Shown piece by piece: positions 1-17,584 of a stretch of DNA of 64,000 bases. Origin of the DNA: the human T2T-CHM13v2.0 reference genome, Homo sapiens. The notes beneath the pieces are model-generated. The model was not told the origin of the DNA and did not search any database. It worked only from the letters and a program-made list of their open reading frames with translations. The position numbers were made by a program, and so were the translations under genes. The first letter of the stretch is position 1; each line of letters opens with the position of its first letter. Location of the stretch: assembly GCF_009914755.1 (NCBI RefSeq), contig NC_060931.1; one strand, written 5' to 3'.

Positions 1-17
1 TTACTCAATAGAGTATA

Positions 18-260
18 GAATCCCAGCTCTATCACTTACTGTTTGTGATATCTTGGGCATATTATTAACCTCTCTATGTCTCGGTTTCTTCATCTGTAAA
101 ATAGGGATTAAAAATAATTGGTTGTTCACATGGTTGTGGTGATACAATGAGCTAACATATTGCTACAGATCACTGTGTTCCTTCCACTCAGCCTGGGCAT
201 TGCTCAGAATACTTCTCTATATGATACTTTGCACATAATAAACACTCAGTAAATAGCAGC
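18..260 (+). mobile_element. MIR SINE (degenerate)
   Basis: MIR core 'aacctctctatgtctcggtttcttcatctgtaaaataggg' and 3' end 'gcacataataaacactcagtaaata'. Confidence 0.75.
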
Positions 261-419
261 TGCAATAGCAGCACCTTATAGTTCTTGACATAGAGTCGTT
301 ATACATGTTGACTTGAATAGTAATGATAAGATTGAGTAAGTGATAAGATTATTTTTCTCTGGATCAGATAAGAATAAAGGGAGTCAGAAAAAGATAGCTC
401 CAAGTAGAATGGAGCTGAT

Positions 420-860
420 TAAATAAACATTTATTGAGCTTTTGCCTTGTGCCAGGCATTGGGAATATAAGTTGTACAACACAGGCGATGCTCTCTGCCC
501 TTGTGGAGCTTATATTCCTAGGTGGATACAAAAAAAAGTGAAGAGCAAAGCCAATAATTTAAAATTGTGGCACTGCTGGGAAGAAAAGAAGGGAGTAAAA
601 TTAGGGGAAAGAAGGGTGGAGAATGTACTTGCAATAACTAGGAAAGGCCTATTTATTGAAGGAGTAGGGTTTCAGCAAAGACAAAAATAGAATAAGGAGT
701 CAGCTAGAAGACAAGTGGGAGAAGGGACGAACCGGGTGGAGGCTCCAAGGAGAGACAGAGCTTGGGGTGTTAGAGAAACTGGAAGTTCTTTGTGGCTATA
801 GAAATATGCGGGGATAAGATTATGTCAGGATTTATTGGCCATTCTAAAGAGTTGGGGTTG
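420..860 (-). mobile_element. L2 LINE 3' fragment
   Basis: 'aaacatttattgagc...tgtgccaggca...ctctgcccttgtggagcttata' is the reverse complement of the L2 3' end. Confidence 0.7.
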
Positions 861-1544
861 CAGTAGACTGAGAGGTGTGATGTTCAGCTGAGCTTTAGAC
901 TATAAAAATGTAGAGAAATATTTGGAAGTAGACATTTGAGATGGAAGAGCAAAGACACGGGGTTGTGACTAACAATAGTGTCAAGGAAGACAAGAAGTAG
1001 TCTGTTGAAATGGAGGAGTTGCACTGGGGAATAAGAAAAACAATTGTCTTTTGGACGATATTATTCTACAGAACAGCTGCTGCTTTACAGTAACAGACTT
1101 TGACAGGACTTCTTTCTTAGCAGATGAAAAGTTGAACTGATGTGGTGACCTTTTGGAATAGATGGTTTCTTTACTGCCAAGTTGAACCCTTTCTGGGAAT
1201 ATTTGTGTTGAGTGAGCTTTCTAACCTTAGTGCAGGGTGAGTCAATGAGATCCTTCATGAACATTCCCTTTCGTGTTGGCAGAAGGAAATAAATCGTTTA
1301 TGTTAGTTTGGGTAATTGAAGAAGCTTGTCATTTCCAATTTACTCTGGTGTATGTGGCTAATTTAAGTTGATAATCATTAACCATGTACAGCTTTTCAAG
1401 GGATGAATCAGGAGTTGGAAAACATTACATTTCTGTAAAAATTGGTGTAACGGCCTTGAACTTAAGCTTTCTAGTTTGAAGGTGAAACTTGAGAGTTAGC
1501 ACTGTATTGTATTTCCAATAATGAATGTGTCTTTTTTCTTTCAG

Positions 1545-1660
1545 GCTTCCTTCAGGATTTTAATCATCCTTACAGCCTCTTTGAGAATGATTGAACTTCC
1601 AAATTCCCTGAAGTTAAAATTTTAAATTCTATTAAACATTTTTTCGAGTATTTCATTACT
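1545..1660 (+). other. Probable terminal exon of an upstream gene (short coding tail plus 3'UTR); gene not identified
   Basis: Acceptor 'gtcttttttctttcag|G' at 1544/1545; every frame stops soon (xLPSGF* at TAA 1561-1563; FLQDFNHPYSLFEND*; ASFRILII...KF*); ATTAAA at 1631-1636 followed by T-rich sequence; non-repetitive. Confidence 0.5.
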
Positions 1661-1927
1661 TTTACATTATGACTTGTACAGTAATTTGAGATCATAAGGG
1701 TTGAAAAATATCTTCAAATAAGTTTTTATAGTTAAAATTTTTTTGACTTTTCAAAAGTTCTTCTTCCTAGCTCATTTCATAATCTTCAAATGTAGATTCT
1801 CTTTGAACATAAAGTGGTATAAATATAGAATGTTCAGGCACCTGACGTATAAATTTACATACGGTTTGAAGATTGGAGGGTATACCCTGTGATAGTGTCT
1901 GACATTGTTATTTTCTCGTCAGTGTTA

Positions 1928-2427
<500 letters not shown>

Positions 2428-2465
2428 TTACAATTTAAGGAGAATATTAGAGAATTTTTAAAATA

Positions 2466-2782
<317 letters not shown>

Positions 2783-3721
2783 TTATGCCAGACTTGTTTC
2801 AATATCAATAGTTCTTCATTAAAATTCAGTAATGTTCTGTTATATTCATTAATAATTATTTCACCAACTTCTTTTTCATAACTTCCACTTGTTAGGCAAA
2901 ATTTGGAAGAAGAAAGTATAAGTGTATATTTGATATTTTTGCTATTTGCAGTACTTTGATATAAAATAAACATGACTTCAGGTGAGCTTGAGAGTACAGG
3001 GCATGTGATATTAAAAATTGTAAGAAAAAAGTGATCCACTTTCATAGTGGTGGTGAATGAAGCTGGATTTTATATATATTAAAAGTATTCCTTAAAGATA
3101 TCAAGGCTGGAATTGCTTGAGCTAGGAAAAACTAAATTTTTCTGTTTGTAACTCCAGCAAGACAGATCTTACATTGGATCAAAGATTGATTTCTCTACTA
3201 GAAATTTTGACTTTGGTTAAGGAGCTGAAATAGCAATGTGGAAATAAGTAAGCTCTTTTGTTCCACCAGAATCTCAGAACTTCCTCTGCCTTTGCCCCCA
3301 TTAAGTAAGGCCATCTAGACAACTGAGTTTGTTTCTCCTGTCTCGAGTTTCCCTTAGTTGTTTCTGGGAGTTTGTCCTCACTTAAGAGTGGATGCTGAAC
3401 CTCACTGTGAATGGAGGATGTCTTATAGTACTCTCAGTTTGCCTTTATGGTTATCTTGGTGATAGTTTTTTTCAGTAACATTCTTGGGGGATATGCATGC
3501 TGGGTAAATCATTCTGTCTCATTTGTCTGTTGGAAATACAGTTCTGGCACTAAGATATGGTGAACAGACAGATGGAGGCCACAACATTCAAGCTTTATTA
3601 AACTTGCCACAGGTTAGAGCTTTAATCTCCTAATTCTAGATAAAGGTGGGATGCTTACACGTAGAAAAATTAGGAAGAATAACTGGAGGTTGTACTTATT
3701 TTGACTATTTATAAGATTACC

Positions 3722-3861
3722 AGCCGGGAGTGGTGGCTCACGCCTGTAATCCCAGCACTTTGGGAGGCTTAGGTGGGAGGATTGCTTGAGGCCAGTTGTT
3801 TAAGACCAACCTGGGCAACAAAGTGAGGCCCCTTGGAATGTATATACGAAAAAAAAAAAAA
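3722..3861 (+). mobile_element. Alu left monomer (FLAM-like)
   Basis: Left-arm sequence only, J-type 'ggaggattgcttgaggcc', A-run at 3849-3861. Confidence 0.85.
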
Positions 3862-5609
3862 GTCATTGCTAGATTTAAGTATATTTTATTTTTTTAGAGG
3901 GATTAATATCTCAAAAGCATGTTAACTTTTAGAATATTAAAAGTATATCTAGTTTTTCTTAATTCCCTACTTGTAGATATTTTCACATACTTTTCAAAAT
4001 CTCATTAATTGATGGTTTGGGGAGAGTTTCATTTTTTTTCTCTTTTCACCATAGGAAATTCTGATTTGTTTTCTTGGCTCAAAACAATTCAGATAGACTG
4101 TGTTATCCTCTGTAGAATATCATGTCACCCTCAATAAATCATGAAAAAAAATCATCCTTTAATTACACAACCTGAGTATGGCCTTTAATTTCTAATCATC
4201 TGAAAAAATGCATAATCATCTTTAAGTAAAAGAAATGAAAAACATTAAGCCATAGTAAGAACTTTTATTTTATTTCCATTACAACAGAAGTTTTTAAATT
4301 AATTTCTTCATGACTGGCTCTAATCAATTCATTTTAGAATCTAACACGATTCTATTCACAAAAATTATTTAGTTTTTCCAGTTTTTAAATATTATTTTAT
4401 ATAGCCGTATTTAGTAATTATTGATAATCCTAATTACAAAATACACAATACTATTTCCAAATGATTAAATTTTGGATTTTTTGTGTTAAATGAAATTATT
4501 AATAACCTTTTTTTTCTGTTTTGGGTGACTTTTTTCTTTCATCACCTATCAATCAGTGAATCTAAGAAAGTAAAGTGCAAATCAGCTGACTGCCTTTGAA
4601 GAAAAATAATTTGAGATGAGAATAAGTTGATAGTGTAGTAATAAGGTCTAGTGATAGCTTTCCCAGGAGATAACTTATGCAAAAATGATGGAGGTCTGCC
4701 CATCATTGCATATAGAATGCTGACATTCTTGATTTTAATAGGAAAGCATTTATCTTTTGCACCTGCTCCAGTATATGAATAGCTGTCACGTATTTCAACA
4801 AAAGAGAAGAAAAACTGTCACTATGATTTAAGAAATATGCATTGGTGTAAGAAAAAGTGAAATATTTTGAGCAGCTAGAATTTATTTTTCTTGCTCTATT
4901 ATGCCTCGTTTCTACAATGAATTATTTAAGCTTTGTTTAATCGTATTAGTATTTTCCTGTTGAGTTCATCAGTATGACTTCATCATTATAGAAAGGTCCT
5001 TGAATTATTAAAGAGTGCCTGTGTGCATGCTTTAGGAGTAAAAGGTTAGTGCATTTATGATTTCTAAGTTTTCAGTGATATGCAACAAAATGAAGCATCT
5101 GGCTAAAATGTAAATGTCATCTTTGGGAGAATTACATCATGAAGACATAAAATTTAAAGTTGATAACATTAAAATTTATTCCTAAAATTTCACTAATTAA
5201 AATAAAACAACTAAAAAATAGAATAAAATGTATTTTGAAATTGATATTAAAAAACAAAAGTTTATTACAGGTTTTTAGATTCTTGATATGTTGACCATGG
5301 AGCAGAGCCTTTAAATGTGTTAAAAACATTGAAATGCTACTGCCTTTTCACATTTTTATTTCTAAATATTACCACTTTTCTGAGTAAAATTATGAAGGAA
5401 GCCTATTAGATCTTTTTTACATTTCTGTTTTCCCAGCAGGTGTTTCCCTTCATGGCATTTTACATGCTGATTTTTCTTCTGCTTCCTTTCAGTTTTAATT
5501 TTCATTTTATAAATATGCAGGAGATTTTATGATTATACACACCCAAACCCATGCATAGGGTTTATACATGTATAAAGTATAGCTGTAATTTAATTTGGCT
5601 CATCTTTTA

Positions 5610-6150
5610 ACATACTAAAATGAAGTACCAAAAGTAATTTTTCCCCTTGAGAGTGTTCACTATTGGACATTATTCACTTATTTTGGCATTCCTAATATTA
5701 TTTAAAATGTCTTTGGACCTCTTCCTTTGCAATATTCTTAACAATCTGCAGAACATTTGAAAGATGTACATCTTCATGGTGGCAGGTCATCATTCTTTAA
5801 GGATGGTTGAGAAATGGAAACATAGAATTTGTTTTTGAAATAGCAGAAAGGCATTCAGAGCCATATGTGATGAACAGGTAATTGATTGTTTTAGAGCATC
5901 CATTTTTGGTCAAAGTCAGGGCTAGGCTATAAAGAACTAATTGTGTGCATGGGAGAGGAAAAATGAAAAGGCAGCAAGGAAAAGGAGGGGCCAAACTGAC
6001 TGTGATAACAATTTAAAAAGAAAAATCTGAAATGGCTTCAGCAGTTGTTCAAAAAGCATAGGGCTTTCCACGGTGACTATTTTGAAAGCATAGCAATCAT
6101 TTGGAAGTACTGGCAACCCATGAAGCACTGAGATTTTATGATTTTCATTT
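5610..6150. mobile_element. MARNA-like mariner DNA transposon relic
   Basis: Motifs 'ggtggcaggtcatcattctttaaggatgg', 'gaaatagcagaaaggcattcagagcca', 'tttttggtcaaa', 'ggtgactattttgaa' resemble the recalled MARNA consensus. Confidence 0.55.
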
Positions 6151-8214
6151 ATGCTTCTGAGTCCATTATATCCATATTAGGATTTAAAGTGAACAGCATA
6201 TAAATTAAAGCTGACTCTGATGAATTCTTCCTAAGGCCCTTCTATCCACCCAGCAACAGTCTGGCCAAAAACCTTACTCCCCACCAGGTACCATTCTGTT
6301 TGATTCTTACTGGGGAGACACTTGTTAGCTTTGTTGAATTACTGGAAACTCTTCATTTGCATAAATAATGCTGAATCAAGAAAATCCAGAAAATGTCAGC
6401 TTTGGACAGAGAGAACAAAGTAAATTTAGAAAAGAGAAAGGAGCCTAGGTTCCGAGATAGTCACCATTCTAACCAGAATTTTGGGTGGTGTTTACACCCA
6501 AGCTACCATCTGGTGAGGGATCAAAAATGACCTATTTAATAACAGCTGCTAGCATGTCTTACATCAGGTGATTGAATGATATACTTGGAAATAGAAGATC
6601 GAGTTTTAGATTTAGGAGACCTTAGTTCAACTTAGTTTCCTTAGTTCAGCTTTGACATTGTTATTGGTGATCGTGGCAAGTTACTTCAAGAAAATGGTGG
6701 TTTTCTCATTTTTTAAATGAATCATTTGAGATAGATACTAGCACATTTATTTTATAGATAAGAAATTTTTTAAACAAGGCAAAATAAACTGCCCAAGATT
6801 ATGTGATTTTCAGAGTGGAGACAGGATTTCAAGCACACAGCTTTTGTCTCATAAGAAGCTGATTCTTTGTGAGATAGCAGCTCAACCTTTTCCTTTAAAT
6901 ATGTATAAAATCATTCAATAATTGGTTATCATGCCATAAAAGACTTCCCCGTCAGTGAAACTGAATAGTTCTGGAGAAAAATGCTTTCTCAACTATACAC
7001 CCATCAACCAGAAGAACCCATGCTTGGTTTTAAAGTTAAGGATAGGTTTACTTTTTATTACCCTTTTGTTTGGTTTGAATACTTCCAGTGATTTCCAGCT
7101 CAAATGTTTACTTTGTTCATCACCATAAAAAAATCCCAAAACACATAGATTATATTAAGGGCAGTCTTCTAGTCTGCCCTTAGAAGAAATCAAATACTGA
7201 AACCCTAGGGAATCTGGTTCCATTCTTAGGCTTTATGTCCCATGTTGAATCCTAACACCATTTGAAAGCTTACTATGTACAAAACATTATAGGTTGTTGA
7301 TAATAATTGCAATAGCAACATTGCATGTAAAAATATTACAAAACCTCAGTGGACATCATGCACTATGGATACATATTCTACTGGAAGGAAGGATGTTTTC
7401 ATATTCTCTTGCATAAACTTGCTGCTCTAGCCTATAGACAGAGATTATTTCATCTTTAAAGATAATTAAAACAGAAAAAAAATAATGGAATGTTTATAAA
7501 CATCTGCAATTGCCAATATGGTTTTTTGTTTTATGTTTGTTTTTTGCCACAGGAGAGCAGAAGAAAAAACTTACAGTTCAAAAATGCTTAATCAAGTGTT
7601 GTTGATTCTCTAAAATTTCTCCTCAAAGATGCCTGGCAAAATATCTCCAAAAGAGCTTTTAGCATTCTATAATCATGCATTCTGATTTGTTGCTCTAAGG
7701 GAAAAAAATAAAATCTAGAATTGCTTAAACGGTAGAACTATTTGCAATATTTTATAAAATTGAGCTATATTAAGTACAGTGTTACAAGATGGTTACTATA
7801 TTGTACTATTTAGTAAATACTTTCTGATGTCTTAGAGTATATACCATTTGGTTTAAAGATAAGTACATTTTGAATATATGAATGATAAACATAGCATTTT
7901 GCTAACTATTAAAATGTTGACCCTCAGATCCTTAGTCAAGATAAAACTTTTACCATATTTTTCCTTTGAGGATAAAAGAACAAACTTGCATTATTATTAT
8001 TAGCTTATGGAATAAAAAGAATAAAATTTTATGTAACTTTAAATTAACAAGGCATTGTCGCATTATAATTCAATGAGTTAGGCTTTTTCCTTTCTCCATA
8101 TCCTTCTTCCTTCACCTCCTTCATTCTTCTTTGTTTGGGTAACCATATGCCCCAAATTGCATAAGAAAGTCTCAATTTATGCCTGTTGTCTTAGTGTAAT
8201 TAAAAATACAACAT

Positions 8215-8970
8215 CCTCAAATAAACATGTGAAAACATATTTACCATCATTAGTCACTAGGAAAATGCAAAATAAAGCCAAGTTCAGATACTCACTAGAA
8301 TGGTTAAAATTTTTTAAACCGTCCATACCAGTTGTTGACAAAGATGTAGAGAAACTTTAATTTCACCCATTTCTGTAAAGAACCTAAAATCGTGCAACCA
8401 CTTTGCAAAATCAACAGTTTCTCAAAAACTTAAATACAGCTACCAGTGGTAACTCAGCCATTCTACTCCTAGATATTTACATAAGAAAAATGAGTACATA
8501 TGTCCATACCAAAACTTTTCCATGAATGTTTATAGAAGCTTTATTTATAATAACCCAGAACTGGAAATCCAAATGTACATCACCAGGAGAATGGATAAAC
8601 AATTTATAGTATATCTATACAATGGAATACTACTCAGAAATAAATAGGACCAAACTATTGATACCACAACATGTAAGAATCTCTAATTGTGTGAAAGAAG
8701 TCAAATGAAAAGGGACATAATGTATAATTCTGTTTGTATAAAATTCTAGATAATGCAAACTATAGTGACAAAAACCAGGTCAGTGGTTGCCTGGAGATAG
8801 GAAGTAGGGAATGAAAGGAGGAATTACAGAGAGGCACAAGGGATGGTGGATATGTTTATCATCTTGACTGTGGCAACAGTTTCACGGGTGTATGTCAGAA
8901 CTCACCAAACTGTGCGACTTAAATTTGCAGTTCATTGCGTGTCATTTATGTCTCATTCAGGCTGTTAAAA
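8215..8970 (+). mobile_element. Old L1 (L1ME-type) ORF2 end and 3'UTR
   Basis: 'ggaaaatgcaaaataaagcc', 'cagccattctactcctagatatttac', 'aatggataaacaa', 'tcagtggttgcctgg', 'gtttcacgggtgtat'. Confidence 0.85.
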
Positions 8971-9446
8971 TAGCGCCACCTTTTGCTTTCAAAAGTATCA
9001 CAGTTTAAATGCTGGTAAAAGTCTATTTCTTGATCTAAATGCTGGTTTAATAGATTTTTAAATCTGGGTGTTAATTTCATAGTTTACTCGGTTTGCAAAA
9101 ATCCACTCAAAATATGTGCACTTTTCTACACATATATTAACTTCAACTCACCTTTTTCCTCCAAAAAGCCTAAAAGATTCCCTGAGGGGGATATGCAGAA
9201 AATGTCCCAACTAGACAATAAATTACAAGGACACCCTATTGTTTTTCATTTTCAACTTCAGAAACAAGAAAACTAAGATTAGAAACAACTTTCAAAAAGC
9301 CACAAAAATAGGAAATATGTCAGTGGAGACTTCAACTAGGGAATTTTTTGCTTGAAAGTCTATATGCTTTCCTGTGTTTTTTAGGTCAGTGAAAGAACTG
9401 GCCTATCTTTAATAAAGGTTTGTTATGTTAAAAACCAATCATCCTT

Positions 9447-9721
9447 CTCTAATCCCTTGGCCCCCTTTAGGAGGCCAAGGTGGGTGGATCACTTGAGGCC
9501 AGGAGTTCAAGACTGGCCTGGCCAACATAGCAAAACCCCATCTCTACTAAAAATACAAAAAATTAGCTGGGGCATGGTGGCACATACCTGTAATCCCAGC
9601 TACTTGGGTGGCTGAGACATGAGAATCACTTCAACCCTGGGGGCAGAGGTTGCAGTGAGCTGAGATTGCACCACTCTACTCCAGCCTGGACAACAGAATG
9701 AGATTCTGTCTTAAAAAAAAA
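9447..9721 (+). mobile_element. Alu (AluSz/J-like), 5'-truncated
   Basis: Alu body and A-tail; TSD aatcatcctt at 9437-9446 and 9722-9731. Confidence 0.92.
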
Positions 9722-10504
9722 AATCATCCTTATTCCTTATGATCACCTCTGTACACTCATATAATTCCTGACAATTCACATCAGATTCCTTCTCAGTTAA
9801 AGAATAACATTTATTTCCATAATTAGAGCACATTTTGGGACACAAAGCAACTGATCCTTGTCAGTTATCACAATGGTGCACATATGGTCTTTGGGACAAG
9901 GAACTATAATAGGAAGTGTTTTATGGAAACAAAAGACTTCCCACTAATGGAGAGAATATAATTCTGACCATAGAATAAAATGGCCAATAGGAGAAAATGA
10001 TATATTCATCAGTATTTTGAGATACAATAAACAATTATGAAGAAAAACCCATGCGCCAATGGAGAGTTTTACATATTTTGGTGGCAATAACTCCGTGGAA
10101 AATCTTTTCTCTGTGGAAGATTATTGATTACCATAATAAAAAGAAAGAAAGAAATGAGCTTTTGATATTAAATAGCCATTTGGTTTAGAAATAGACATAA
10201 AACAATGAATTGATTTTAAAGTAATAAGGCTCATATAATTTTAATAATCCCACCCCAAATATTAAGTTGTATTATTAGGGTCCTTTGCATGCAGTAGACC
10301 TTCAAAATGGTGTAGACTAATTCCAGTTCATGGCCAGTTTAGCTTAAGGAGAGGGAGGGAGAGGGTAATAAGGCAGGCAGGGAAGAAAAAGAAAACGATA
10401 GCCACAGCAGAGCAAGAGACAGCTGAGTAATGCTCTGCAGGTTTCTGAAATGTTATTCCCAGTGATCTTCAGCTGTTACTTAAGGCTTTGGGCCCCTTAT
10501 ATAG

Positions 10505-12390
<1,886 letters not shown>

Positions 12391-13279
12391 AGCCAACCAA
12401 GTGACCTTGAAGGATTGTTGTGAGCCTACGTTGCCTATGAAATAAGAAGGATAAATTATTTACTTGATCCATCTGGGACCCTTCAGCTCTATCATCATTC
12501 TATGGTTCTCACAATGTACAAACCATTTCACTGAAGTTACTGAATACTTCTTGCCGGCGAAAATATATAATCCAGAGAATGCAAATATCAGTGAGCTCTA
12601 ACATGAATTTGTCAGTGTAATTTCTGGGAATATGAGTTTTAAAAGTTGCCTGAGGCCATGCTCTTAAAAGATTTCTAGGCATTCTAAATATCACAAGCTC
12701 ATATGTGCTTACTGTTGATACCGTGTGAAAAATAATTGGTAAGAAGCTGGAGTAAGTGCTGTGCTGCAGAATCGAGGCTGGAACTCTTGATGTTCTTGTT
12801 ATATTTATTACAATATAAAAGAAGAGATGGGCTACTCCAGGTAAGCTCACCTCACTCATTTTTTGGGGGCCATTATACCTTCATACTGAGGTATTTTATA
12901 AGTTGGTGATTTTCACACTACTCTGACTTTACAATTTTGAAGTTTCAGCTTAAATGAGATGAAATGAAATTGTTCTTTGTGCCAGGAGTTAACAGGGACT
13001 ATTCTCTTTTGCTTTCAATGGTGTTGCTGCTACTACCTAACTGTTAACTTATATCCAGTGTTTTAAAACCATTTCATGTTGGTCTGGTTTTGTTGGTGGT
13101 GTTTCAGAATTGCTGAACTTTTCAATAGTCTACTGACATTTGTTTTCAAAACCAATAAAGGAGGGGGATGATTCTTGCATCAAGTGGTATTTTAAGCTAA
13201 ATGATCTCCAAGGCCTTATCCCACTCTTGAGAATTCCTCAGAAGTAAACATTTTCCTCAGTGGATTTTTTTTCTATTTA

Positions 13280-13576
<297 letters not shown>

Positions 13577-13654
13577 TTTTTTTTTTCTATTTAATAAAAC
13601 AACTATTAATGTTTCAAAATTATTGATAGAAAAGGAAGTGCTTTTTTAGTCTTT

Positions 13655-15722
<2,068 letters not shown>

Positions 15723-16124
15723 TTATCTAAAGCCAGGCTTATGTGTAGACAGAGTAGGAAGCAGTGATTTTCAGGAGTCCTGAGGTTCAGGTTCATCATT
15801 AACCCAGCTCCTGTGTTTGAGATGCCCATATAATGTAGTTAATCACTCTCTGAGATAAAATTCTCCTCTACCAAGAAGAGAAAAGATGGACAACAACGCT
15901 CTCCAAATATTCTTCCAGGTTTAAATTTCTATTAATAAGATATAAATTGGGAAATTTGTAAAGGCCATTTCACTTTCTTTCATAAAAATATAATGTTTGG
16001 TGAGTCCCTATAATATACAAAGTACTATGCTTCTATTTCATGCAAAATTAAAAAGTTACAGCCAGCAAGCTAATAGAAGTGTAAACATCATGCAGAAAAC
16101 ATGGACAAAGAAAAGCAAGTGATA

Positions 16125-16285
16125 GGCTGCATGTGTTGCCTTATAGCTGTAATCCCAGAGCTTTGGGAGGCCAAGGCAGGAGGATCTCCTGAGGCCAGGA
16201 GTAGGCTGCAGTAAGCTACAAGTGCCACAGTACTCCAGCCTCCAACGGTGATAGAGCGAGACCCTGTCTCTAAAAAAACAACAAA
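16125..16285 (+). mobile_element. Alu monomer (FAM/FRAM-like)
   Basis: Single monomer with A-tail; TSD aaaagcaagtgata at 16111-16124 and 16286-16299. Confidence 0.85.
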
Positions 16286-17128
16286 AAAAGCAAGTGATAT
16301 AGTGGATCTATATAATGGTGGTAAATTGAATGCTCTTGGCTATTAATAAAGCCACTTGTTTACAGAGGGCTTATAATTTTATGAATTATGGTAGAGCAAA
16401 TGTAAACATGATTTAGAAATCTTTAACAAAACTAATAATACTCTCACCTAATGCAGTTTGAAAAGTGTATAAACTCTATTTTGATCATAATGTTTCTAAC
16501 ATGGCAAACATGACAGTCAAGAGACGGCTCTTCTCCAAACACAGAGTCTGCTCTTTGGAAGTAGTGTTAGGGAAAGCCAGTGCCCATTTTCATTCCTTTG
16601 CCCTTGTCTTTTCCATGGATGCCCTGTACCCACATGCACAATTCCACTCCTGTTTCTGTCTAGTCTTAAGTTCCTCAGCCTATCTGCAAGCTTTTCAGAT
16701 TTAACACATCATTCATGACTTAGATCACCCAGGCTCTTCTCTTGAGTCTCTAATTCTGACAAACCTGGAATCTCTGGTATGCCTTGGATACCTGGGCACT
16801 CCTGAACTATAATGTTCTTTCTCCTCTTCTTCTCTTGCCTAGTTGGCATGTCTATGCATACAGTGTCTGCCTCAGTTCCCCTGTCTGTGGTCTCATTTTC
16901 CTAGCTAATGATAATGTCCCTCCTCCTGGGATCAATCAGGTCCTTCCAGGCCATTCCATAAAACAAGACATCAATACCATAGAGTTGAATACCAGACAAA
17001 ATTGATCAGCAATATGCCTGGCCACCTAGCTTAAAACTCCACTCCTCTTCCTCCCAGCGGCAGTCCCAACTTATGTTTGGGATCTTCCACCAATTTTAGT
17101 CCGGGTAGGCTAGGTGGACCTCCATCCT

Positions 17129-17545
17129 TGGTATAGTTTGGATCTGTGTCTCCACCAAATCTCTTGTTAAATTGTAATCTCCAGTGCTGGAGGTGGGGCC
17201 TGGTAAGAAGTGATGACACCATAGGGACAGGTTCTCATGAATGGTTTAGCACCATCCTCTTCGTACTGTTCTCGTGATAGTGCGTGAGTTCTTGTGAGAT
17301 CTGGTTGTTTAAAAGTGTGTAGTACCTGCCACTTCTCTCTCTGCCTTCCATTCCAGCCATGTGAAGTGCAGGCTCTTTGTTTGCCTTCTGCCGTGATTTA
17401 AATTCCCTGAGGTCTCCCCCAGAAGCTGAGCAAATGCTGCCATGTTTCCTGCACAGCCTGTGGAACCACGAACCAGTTAAACCTCTTTTCTTTATAAATT
17501 ACCGAGTCTCAGGTATTTATAGCAGTGCAAGAACAAACTAATACA
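17129..17545 (+). mobile_element. MSTA-like MaLR solo LTR
   Basis: TG...CA ends; 'tttggatctgtgtctccaccaaatctc', 'aaacctcttttctttataaattacc'; perfect 5-bp TSD atcct at 17124-17128 and 17546-17550. Confidence 0.9.
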
Positions 17546-17584
17546 ATCCTAAACCCTAGGCAATAAAACTTGGGACTCAAAATA

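Noticed and set aside
1545-1660. Assigning a gene symbol to the terminal exon
   Set aside because: Too little coding sequence and an ambiguous frame; not recognised
12509-12859. 116-aa minus-strand ORF and a strong donor CAG|gtaagc at 12840/12841
   Set aside because: No recognisable protein similarity and no convincing partner acceptor; compatible with chance
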